DNA from: Trichoplax adhaerens
Lineage: Eukaryota > Animalia > Placozoa
Length of the DNA stretch: 64,000 bases
Direction: 5' to 3'
Assembly (NCBI RefSeq): GCF_000150275.1
Contig: NW_002060953.1
Location: forward strand, 717,693 to 781,692
The number at the start of each line of letters is the position of its first letter. Position 1 is the first letter of the stretch. A model generated the notes under the pieces. The model searched no databases and was not told the origin of the DNA. It saw nothing but the letters and a program-made list of their open reading frames with translations. Positions 25,901 to 37,340 of this stretch are shown in pieces. The translations under genes were made by a program, and so were the position numbers.

Positions 25901-28900
25901 CTTCGTCAGAATTATCACCACAATCGTTTCTAAAGTCGCAGAACACAGATGAAGGCTTGCAAGGTCCAGTAGTACCACATCGTCTTTGTCCGGTTGGACA
26001 TCCTGGATCGGTCTCTATATAACAAGGTTAAAATGCAATGAAATTAGATATTATAAACATTCACATTATCATCGTCTACATTTAAACCTTGGCATTTTTA
26101 GTTGAAGTTGAATGGATACAGTAAACTTACGTTGTGCATACGGTAGTGGTGTATTCACTTTGGTGCATCCAGAAGTAAAGCTGATATCGTCGATGGCAAT
26201 ATCTCCCCAAAGGTATTTACCATTGACGGCTTCAATGACAACTTGGAATGGTGCATTCACAGAGAAAGTAAGACTTGCTTTTTTCCAGATATCGCCTTGG
26301 TTACCAATAATTGAATATTGCTTGATAAGCGGACCCATGAAATTGGTACGAGCATAAATGTTAAGACCGCCGATATCGGGACCGAACATATGATACCAGA
26401 AGCGCATCTAGGATTATCAAAAATGAATAATTTATAAATAAAAAAGGTAGATAGCTGCATAATTTATTTAAATTATATTGATTAATTAATTACTGTAGCT
26501 ATTCGAGTGCAGCCATGATTTAATGGATTATATCGCTTACTAAACTATTTTTTTTTATTTTATTACAAGTATGCCGTAGGAGTATTGTATACCTGACATC
26601 CAGTGCCTGGAGTACCAAATGTTTGAGGAATAGTTTGTCGGGCTGTTTTATTGAGAGAGCTACTTCTAGCGGAGAAAAACATGTAATAGCCTTTAGATGA
26701 TGCCAAAGTATGATCAAAATTTGGCCCGCTTAGAGAACTAAAGGTACCACCAAAATCTCTTCTCCAATTGAATGTATCGGTTTGATCTTGGATAAGACCA
26801 CAATCATCCTTTTCAAAGTTACATGACCATGGTAAAGCAGCGGCTATCAAGGTAAAATTAATCAGTTTAATCTAGACTTGTACTCTGCTATATATCATTT
26901 CACTCCATCTTAAATCAGAAGAATGATTAATTATTGTGTAAAATTATATTTACCACATCCGATCTCATCGGAGGAATCACCACAATCATTAGCAAAATCG
27001 CAAACGACTGAAGGACTGACACATCTACCATTTTTGCATTGGAAGTTACCAGAGAAACATGGAACTGACGGTGGCATATTGCATCCAGTGAAGGATATAT
27101 CATCGATGGCTGCAACACCGTTACTTGTTGAAAATGATGAACCGGAAATTCTAAATTCAAGCTATGTTATTGAAAAATAAATTGAAATGAGTTGTAGCTA
27201 CAAATGGATAAGATCTAATATAAAATTATATTTATAACATAGAACGTTTCTATTGAGCGGAAATAGCGATTGAGTTTATCAATTAGTGAATAAGAAGTAA
27301 TTTTCAAGTTGGATTGTTAACTTAGAACGTTTATTTTAAGCTTGAATAAAGTCTAACCTTATATCCTTGTGAGCGATGTCCAATACCAGCTGATGCATTA
27401 GCCCATAATGGTTCATTAGGATTAGTAATGAATGAGAATGAACTTCTCCAGAGTCTTGTTGAAGTTCCGTTTTGAACAACATACAATCCAAGTGTACTAG
27501 AAATAGTTTTATTATACCAGAAGCTAATGGTACAAGTATCGTATGCTGCAGGCATCATAGGGCTAGTTAATTTGGAATCTGTTAAGAAAGAACCACCCTT
27601 TGCTTTTGTGTACATATAATAGCCAAGACCGCTATTACTAGTATGATCATACAAGGGACCATTGAAAGATTGGCCATTGCCAGCACTATCGCGTATCCAA
27701 CCGCTAATTCCACCGATGCTGGTATCTCTCCATCCACATTGGCCTTGATCAAAATTGCAAGAGCCGCAGTTAGGTGTTGACCATGAAGAACAGCTTGGTA
27801 CTTGAGAAGGAACAATTGTAGGAAGAGTACCAGTGGGAACGGATGGGACAGTGCCACTGGCATATTTACAATCCGTAGTGAAAGAGATATCATCAATAGC
27901 AATATCACTTTCATCCGATGATCCACGTACAGCTTCAATCATAAAATAGAAATAGCGTGAGCTGACAACAGGTGCTTCCATTCTCAACCAGACATCACCA
28001 AGTTGACCTGATCTTGACCAAATTTTAATCAATTTACCACCATTGGGCACAGCGTAGACATTGAGAGCTCCAATGCCAGTGCCACGCATATGATACCATA
28101 ATCTAATTTTACATTTACCCGATGTATTGGGTTGGAACCATTTACTCTTGAGTTGAGCTTTTGCTCCTGCACTTTCGAAGAAACCATCAATATACAAGTA
28201 ATAGCCTGTAACAGTGCCGGTAGTATGATCTCTTGATGGTCCAGTATAAGATGTAAAGGTTGTTCCCGATGTTCTATCCCAATTGAAATCATCACTACCA
28301 GAAACTTGAGACCAATCGCAAATTCCATTTTCAAAATTGCATCCATTGAATGCAGCACATTGAGCTTCATCGGTACCATCTCCGCAATCATCTTGGAAAT
28401 CGCAAATAAGGTTAGAATCAACACATGCCTTGGTTTGACCGCAATGGAATTGATTGCTTGAACAGCTAGGCAATTTTGGTGGCATTCCACATTCATACAT
28501 GGAGATATCGTCAATAGCCATATAACTTCTGCCCAAGAAATCGCGTGATCCTTCAAATGTTAATTGATAAGGTTGAACTCTTCTTCCCATATAAGCAATA
28601 CCTTGTTGCCATTTGTTACTATTGACATTTCTAATTTTGATCATTCTAGTTTTAGGGATAGGTCCTTCGATAAACGAGACATCTAAATCGGATGTTCTAG
28701 TAGAGTTACCGTAGGAAAAGTACCAGAAACGAACTTGGCAAGTTGCACTAGTTGGTGGTAACTTTTTACTGGTTAATTTAGCATCGCCAAAGTTAAGGCC
28801 AGTAGCATCGGTGACAAGCATATACCAACCCGTAGTTGATTTGGTAGTATGATCGACTTGGGGCATAATATTTCCTTTCGGTGTGTCATATTTTCCACGT

Positions 28901-31900
28901 ACCCATGTATCGGAGCCTGCATTTATTGTATATTGGCAAGTATTGCTTTCAAAGGAGCAGCCACCACAATTTAATTCATCTCTTCCATCAGGACAATTCA
29001 TATTATAATCGCAAACTTGATTCGATGGAATACATTTGCTAAAGTCGCTATAACAACGAACAGCACATGGATTAGGAGATGGTGTAGCAGGTTCTGTTGG
29101 ACAAGCACCATCATAAAAGATAACATCATCGATAGCGATATCGCTATAACTACCAGATCCTCGTATAAGATCAAAAGCAACCCAGTGGGGAAGAGTGCTG
29201 GATTGCAATGGAACTGCAGCATAATTCCATTTTGGACCTTGGTAACCAGTAATGTTTTTAATAACGGAATTAGAATTGATATCGGAGAAAACGACCAATA
29301 GTGAACCCATTTGATCCTTATTACGAGCATACATATGATACCAGAAGGTGAAACATCGAGGAGTAGATCTTGGACCAAATTCAGGACTAAAGAAGATGGC
29401 GTTATCACCTTTACTAGCCAGACTGGATTCAAGATACATGAAATGACCTATAGGAAAATAAGACATTGGCCCAAATTTAATGGATAGTAGCGTGTAAAGT
29501 TGTAGTGTACAAAACTATTGTAATTAGCTGAAATCACTACAAAAGTTGATGTTGATAATGTATGAAAATAGTATTGCAAGTCTAACATATTCTTGAATAG
29601 AGAAAGTTTACAGTCTACTTGCACCGCATTATACGCGTAAAGAGAGGTTATTATCATCTGGAGTTATATTTTCCCAGCACTACAGTCCTTGCTATTTTTT
29701 TTTTTCAGGCTATGATGGTATAGATCGTGTTAAATTCTACAATCTTATTCTCTGCATGTGTTCTACTTTAACGCTATTCAGATTCTCAATTTCTACCTTC
29801 GATTTTTGATTACATGTCAATAGCTAGTTGCAATATTAGTATTTTATACGTTACTTCATGACAGCTTACATGCTGTCCTACCTTAACTATCGTATTCTAC
29901 GCGAATTCTAATCTACCATTAGGTATCCATTATTCGATTAAGATTTTGCTTCATCCACTGAGTAGCAACTTGATCCACTTCTATCGTTTATCGAATTTTT
30001 CATTATAATGTAATTATTGAAGTTATTATCACGAAATTGAAATAGATAGGATATATTTGATGGTAATAATCAGTAAAATGAAATAACGTTGCGGACTGAT
30101 AAGCTAGGATCTCCAGTTATGCTGCTTTACCGTAGCTGTCGCATTCTACGCAAATTCCAATCTACCATAAAGTATCCATTTTACAGCTACCATTTTGGTA
30201 ATATGATTATTTAAGTTATTGCCATCACATGGAAATGTACAGGGCAAATACTATAGCAAGAATCACTAAAACGAAATAACGTGGAGGATTGAGAAGCCAT
30301 GATCTCCATCAAGCAGCTCTACCTTAACTATTGCTTTAAAGCTACATCAATTCTAATCTACCATAGAGTATCCATTTTTTCAACTATGACTTACTTCATT
30401 TACTAAAGGGCAACTTAGCCCACTTCTACCCATTTATTAAATCTACCATCGTAGTAAGACTAGTTAAGTTATTGTCACAAAATGGAAATGTATAGGATAA
30501 ATGCTATAGTAAGAATCAGGGAAATGAAATAACGTTGTGGATTAACTCGACATGCATCCTAACATTACCTGCATCAGTTCCTAGGGTATGATCAGAGCTA
30601 GGACCAGTGCCTGCGGTAGGAGTAGGTCCACTCCATCTCAATAAATCTAATTTATCAAGAGAGACTGCATTTCTCCATAAGCAAGTGCCTTTCTCAAATG
30701 AGCAATCACCCAATGGTGGGCAAACACCTGGTGAAATGTTGACATCATCAATAGCGACGGTACCATTGATGCCAGTGGCACGAGCAGCTTCAAAGGTTAT
30801 GAAATAAGGCTGCTGACTTTGGACAGTAACTTGCATTCCTAGCCATGCCCTAGCAGCTTCGGTAATTCCTGTGGTAGGGACACTCCATATTTTATTCAAT
30901 GTCCCTCCGATTTGTGTGTAAACTGACAATGAACCATAGTTGCTACCATAAGCAATATACCAAAAGCTTAAACAGCTACCAGCAGTAGGTGGTTGTTCGT
31001 TGCTATTTAATCGTGCTACAGCGCCAGTACTTTGCGATTTCATATTGGCAAAGAAACTATGACCAGATGATGTATACGTTGTGTGATCATTAATAGGTGA
31101 CCATTGGCCTGCAACTCCGGCACCGGTAAAATAGGTCCAATCGAAGTTATCGTTAATATCTTGTGTATAGCCACATCTACTGGAATCTTCGAAATCACAT
31201 AAGGAACGAGGAGGACATTGCTGGAAATTGAATTTAATATCATCAACGGCAATATCACTTCTATAATTGCCAGAAATGTGAGTGGTTTCCAGAACTAATT
31301 GGAATGGAATACTTTGTTGGAATTGAAGTTGTGCAAGTTTCCAACTTGGACCTTGATTGCCTTTGCGTGTCCAGACCTTGGATCCGAGAACATTGCCAAA
31401 TTTAAAGTAGACATTAAATGTATCAATATCTTCACCAAACATGTAGTACCAAAATCGGAAGCACATAGGCCCAGTAGTTGGGGTAATAGTAGCGCTAATC
31501 AATCGAGCAGTGTTATTACTGAAGAAATGGGATCCTTCAACATAAGCATACCATCCACTTGTACTCGATGTGGTATGATCAACGCGTGGACCAGTATCGG
31601 AAGAAGATGTCGGACCTTGATGTCTAGTCCAGTTAAGAGAATCGGTAAGATCTTGAGTCCATGTACAAAAACCATTTTCAAAAGTACAATCATAAGAAGT
31701 AGATGGTAATGCAGTAGAAGCCTGTGTTGGCTTTGGTGTTGGTCGAGTAAAGGAAGCATTACAAGTGGTGGTAAAGGAAATATCATCGATAGCAACATCA
31801 GAAAGGGAAGATTGGCCTCGTGTTGCAACGATTAAAATTTGATAGGATTGACTGGAGCTAAATGCAACATGAGCATTATGCCAAACATCGCCAGCACTTG

Positions 31901-34900
31901 AATTTCTTAACCATAAGATACTACCAAAATTGCTGCCAACTTTTTGGATATAAATGGATAAGGAACTTGCTTGGCCAAAAGCGAATGGGCTATACATATG
32001 ATACCAGAAGGATAAGCAGCGTCCATTAGGAGCGGGTGGAAAGACCATACTTTGTAAAACCGTTTTTTGTCCACGCTGACGGCCAGTCGCTTCCATATAA
32101 ATATAATAGCCATTAGCCGTTCCTAATGTATGATCACTGAGTGGTCCAGTTAAAGTGCTTGGAACAGATCCTTGATGTCTGATCCAATCGAAGTTGTCGC
32201 CAGCAATGGCGTTCATCCATGTACAATATCCATTTTCAAAGTTACAATTACCTGGTGGAGGGCAAGCTTGATCAAAAAAGCTGACATCATCAATAGCGAT
32301 GGTACCCTGTCCATTAGCAGTTTCAGCTTGAAAGACAGGCTAAATAAATAAAAAATAGGAAGGAATTTATTTAAGCATAGCTTTCATAAGCATTGATTAA
32401 GGTTGCTAATCCTATCGTATTATCAACAGGATAAAGTTAATCGTCTTTCTAACCTGCCAAGTGCCTGAAGTACTGTTCATGGTGACCTGGCCTGGTTTCC
32501 ATAGACCTTGTTGATTACCCGATTCTTGCCATAACGGTGTGCCTCTTGCACCATTGATTTGATTAAAAACTCTTAATGTACCAGCATTAGCAGTTAATCG
32601 ATAATAGAAATTCATACACTTGCCAATTGGAGGAGTTGGTGGAAAGGGTGGACTGATCATGACACGAGCCGTTTTATCCGGATTGCTACTTGATGATGTA
32701 TACAAATAGTATCCTACAGGACTTTGAAGTGTATGATCCATTGGTGGTCCTTGACCATTTTGATCATTGCCATTTCTACCTCTTATCCAATCGAAACCAT
32801 CGGTTTGATCTTGAACCCATTTACACGTCCCGATTTCAAAATCACAATTGGTGGTTAAAGGACATGCCTTAGGGATCATTGAAATATCATCTAATGCGAT
32901 ATCGCCAGCGAAACCAGATCCACGTTTTGCCACAAATTTGATCTAATAAGTAAATAGTTATAGAGTATTATCAAGAGTTGAACAGATACGGATTATTTCA
33001 CCTTAATACATTATCCTATTGATGATAAATTTTAGAACAGGAAATACCCTATTGCAATGGAGGAATAAAGTACGCCTAGCTATGAATAAATAGGCTTTTT
33101 TTCATCGCTGATATGAACATAAGTATGCGTTATTAATTTTAAGCAACTGATTGTATTCGAATTGCTTTTAACTCTATTTACAGCTATGACTCTATAGGCT
33201 TTCTTTCTCGTCACCAATATGGACAAGAATATGCGTCATTATTAATTCAAGTTGAGGATTAAACTCCAAATACTCTAAACTATATTGTAGCTGTGAATAG
33301 GCAGACTTCGTTGATTATCACTGATATAGACTGGAATATGCGTCTAAATTTTAATTTACGGATAATACTTGATATCCTTGAAGTAGATCGTAAATTATAA
33401 CGATTGACTATAGGATTGGATAAGAATAATTTTTCCTCAACGATTCCATGCGCAGTAAAATAAAGTGAGTACCTGATAGTTGGTATTGGGACTAAATTGT
33501 ATCCTTGCCAATTGCCATTTATTTCCTTGGGTTCCACTACGCTGCCATAACAGCGAATCTTGGTTGTTGACGGTAGTCGATACATTAAGCGTAGCTACAT
33601 CAGGTCCATACATATGGTACCAAAATGTTAAGCATGCTTGACCACTTGTTACCAATGGAGATAAAAGGGTAGCTAAAATATTGGACTGGACAAATGAGGC
33701 TTCTATGTAGATATATAAGCCTAAGGAAAAAATAATCATATGGAAAAATATTCAGTTGGAATAGATTAACCGATAATCCTATTCGATATCATCCATATTA
33801 ATATCGGTTAGATTACTTGTATTCTAAATATTATATTTTATCCTTTTCGCCTGATAGACCATCATCTACTACAGCGTTAACCTAATCCGGTAGTGTGATA
33901 CCGGTTACATTAATTAATTGCTTTTAAAATATATAAGCATTATACGTGTACAACCGGCCACGTTGCCGGCGATCTCTCTAATATTTATTGTAACGTAAAA
34001 TAGAGTATTTATACTTCTTTGCGTGATCAGTGATCATTAACTACAGTACTAACCTGATCCAGTAGTGTGATCTTGAGAAGGCCCAGTACCAAAACTTGCA
34101 GTACTGCCATTATTTAGAGTCCAATTTAATGGAGCGTTAACAGGTTGTGTCCAACCGCAAAAGCCAGATTCAAATGTACAATTAAATTGTGCTTGACTAC
34201 TTGCCACTATAGCATAAAAAAAAAGGATTTGCAAATGAATATTTTAAAGCAATTACCAATTGAAGAATACAAACGTTTATTTCCTATATATATTTTACCA
34301 TGATATTATCATGGATTAGCCGTCATTTCATGACAATGAAAGTTTTAGAGGAATTTTAAAAGTCTATAGATTACAACTCTATGTCTAAAGTCAGACAACT
34401 TCAAAATCAATCGGATTCGAATTTTACTGTTACAGGAACGTTATCGTATAGCTAGATGATATCATCCTTTTAGTAGCCAAATTTCTAGAGGATGGCTATC
34501 ATCTAGTACTACAGCTATAAATTTAATCCAGTTGAAATTTAAAACTCGCGACAGTCTTAATCATGGCCGAAGATTGCTATATGAAGACAGATTATTTTTG
34601 GATACAATTTTGAAAGATTGGCGTTAATATAATATATTGCCGCCTTATGCCATCATTCTTAGTCGCTCTACGAAGCGTTCACAGTGACCTTATGAGGTCA
34701 TTTTTTCCACTCTTTTCAATGGTGGAGTGAACAAAGATCAAAGAAAGATGAAAGGAAGGCTTATATCAATTCAGTAGGAAGGGGTTAATTTATATGCCGG
34801 AACTTTTCGAACATCGACAAAGATTTATTATAGGAAGCTAACTTAGAGTGCGATGACAGGCGATTGCTTGGTCAGAACCATTTTGATTTTATTAATAAGG

Positions 34901-36637
34901 CACATTTAGCAAGGAAAAAATTGTTTGCGCATTTTCTACGCCCATCTTATAGATAATATGAAGTACATGGCAGATAGACGTCAATGCATACGAAAGCCTT
35001 ATTAGGCTTCGTATTTAATCTGCCATGTGCCAGTTTTTATATGACTATTCTCTATATAAATTATAGGGATTGTCTTTTTCAAAGAGGAGAGCATTATATT
35101 AATTAGTGGTGGTCTTGTATAACGTTAACGGACAAAAACGTGATCATGATGATTGCATTACGAAATAATTATGCATAATCGTTCTTGAGCCATTCGTTAC
35201 AACCTCATTATCATATTACATAATTGCATTGAAAATAGAGCAGTCTTCGTAAAGGATAGTTTTGGTCTTATAGCGATATTAAATTAAAGTAAATATTACT
35301 TGCTCTTACATAGATGAAGATAGAAAGAAAAGAAATTCTAGAATACATAGAGGTTTAGTTATAGCATTTCTTCCAATTCTGCAATATACTTTAATCATCG
35401 ATTGTTACTTCATTTTACCGGACTAAAATAGGGGATGACGATATGATTTTTCTGATTTTATTAATCATTGTATTCTTGCTAGTAAATTTATTTAAGGGCG
35501 GTGCCGAGCTATTCAATTGTTATGTTATTTAGTTGATTATATCAAAAGCTTAATATTGATCTTAACTTAAGCAGTCAAAATATATGTTAATTAAAATAAC
35601 ATTGTATTGTCATTTTGATAGGCAAGAAAGCAAATTAAATCTAAAAGTAGGGTAATAAGTTCAAGTCTTCATCTATACAGTATATGTACCTTATAGACTA
35701 GCCTAGATCTGTATTCTGAGGAAAAAACGGACAATAGTCAATTACTTTATTCTCTAATGTAATTTGCTCAATATACTTAATATTCATGGTGGTCGAGAAA
35801 GCGCAATTTATATGTATACGCAGTATAAATGTCTGCAATCTCTGTAGTGGGTAGATTATTATTAGTAGACTATTCGGAAAAAAAATCACAAATAGTGTAG
35901 TTCCGATAGAGGAGGATAGAACCCAGTAGCCACATTATATGAAATAGATCTCATAGTTGTCAATAGGAGCATATAAATTTAGGGGCAGGGGAAATAGTAA
36001 TTTTTTCTTATCAGTTTAATAATTTTAATGCGCTATAATTTATTACCTTATAACTCAGGTCATCAATTAATTATAGTTCAGACTAATATGAATTATATAA
36101 TTATGGGAGATATGGATGATATTGCGATATTTTATATGGACGGATTTGATTATGAATATGTACAAGTGATAGCTTGGCGTTCATCAAGCGTTAAGAGTAG
36201 CCAATTTTATACGCGATAACGTAAATACGAGTTAGACCATTTTTGGTATAAGATGAGATTAGAATTTACTTCTCACTAATATTTCAATCGAAATATATTG
36301 TAAGAGGTTTATAATATATTTTATATTGACAATTTTGCACGATATATGCATGAAATGAAAGCTATTGAAAGTAGGCGGATAAATTTTTACAGCGTAATCT
36401 TTATCGAAATGCGATGCGTGTAGTGAGCTTAAAGTAAGTAAATTTTTAAAAATTAATTAATAGCAAATTCAGGTTACATAACTATCAAAATTTATGATTA
36501 TACTATTATTTTTAATTACTGAAAGATTTATTGGCGATCCAATTAATTTTTAGCAAGTTTTAGGAGTTATTATTTTACATAACAGCCTCACCTGCTAAAA
36601 GTAGCAACAGTCCTAGCGCAATCATCTTGGCGGCCAT
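16533..36637 (-). CDS. Gene B: MAM and LDL-receptor class A domain-containing type I membrane protein (MALRD1/DIET1-like), 25 coding exons, ~4,197 aa, 20 MAM + 15 LDLa + TM + NPxY tail
   Basis: Exons: 36637-36592, 34206-34054, 33720-33473, 32942-32454, 32339-30569, 29447-27358, 27161-26954, 26843-26593, 26407-26131, 26014-25754, 25557-25298, 25217-25010, 24779-24633, 24467-23563, 23420-22080, 21690-18972, 18831-18706, 18579-18430, 18214-18002, 17879-17739, 17635-17477, 17276-17151, 17046-17020, 16927-16840, 16722-16533. All introns are GT-AG, phases are consistent, and the total of 12,594 nt is a multiple of 3. LDLa signature C..C.....CD...DC.D.SDE..C alternates with MAM signatures. Confidence 0.92.
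29860..30545. repeat. Degenerate tandem repeat (~3 copies, 200-250 bp) in gene B intron 5
   Basis: ttc.aatctaccat...gtatccatt at ~29906, ~30155 and ~30351; aa.gaaataacgt.g.gga.t at ~30077, ~30270 and ~30522. Confidence 0.7.
36592..36637 (-). other. Gene B first coding exon (signal peptide)
   Basis: [16 protein letters not shown]|gtgag, 46 nt. Joins to [12 protein letters not shown]. Homologous to the gene C exon at 62113-62158. Confidence 0.9.
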
Positions 36638-37275
36638 GCTTGCTTTAGGGATAAAAGCAAGAGATTAGAAGGTCTGCTTTAGTAATCGCTTATAATAACT
36701 ATAATTTCAATACCGAGGGCAAAACATGGTACAAGGTACATCATGATACAATGTAAGATATCAGATGTTGATTGGTAGATGGGTAGTTTATAATTTGCAT
36801 AACAATTCTGTACTTGTGCACCTTGATCATTGGTATTAGTGTGATTAGTACTAAGTTATGATTTTTCTTAATCAGATCGGCTGAGCTTTGATGGTGTGGA
36901 TTATACTTTCGTCATCAATTTTATTAGTTTGATATGCGTAATAAGCAGTCTAAACAATTGAGTACGCAACTTTGATCTTAAGAATGCCTGCAATTTCAAG
37001 AGCAATTTTAAAACTACTTTCATATCTGTCTGTTTAATATAATTTTACTGAAGTAGAAAATGAGACACAGCTTGTAAAGAGTATCATGACATGGACTGAT
37101 CATTCAGCTTTATCTTTGAACATCTTTATTATTGTATATTCTATACTACAAGTTAATCTTAAGTATCAGTTATTTTAGCCAGTCTTAGTAATTGTCCTCA
37201 TCGAGCTACTATCGTTATTACAACTAAGATATAGAGAGACAATAGGTGTTTTTACTTTTAGGATTTATTGTAAAA

Positions 37276-37340
37276 TAGTACCCATGGTTACATTGCACTT
37301 CGTCATTTCTATCGACGTCGTTGCATGTTACGGTTCGATG
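37276..37340. promoter_or_regulatory. Conserved non-coding element upstream of gene B (homolog at 63029-63093 upstream of gene C)
   Basis: tagtacccatggttacattg...atttctatcgacgtcgttgcatgttac aligns with tagtaacccacggagacattg...atttctaccgacatcgtcgcatgttac; the flanks do not align by eye. Confidence 0.55.
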
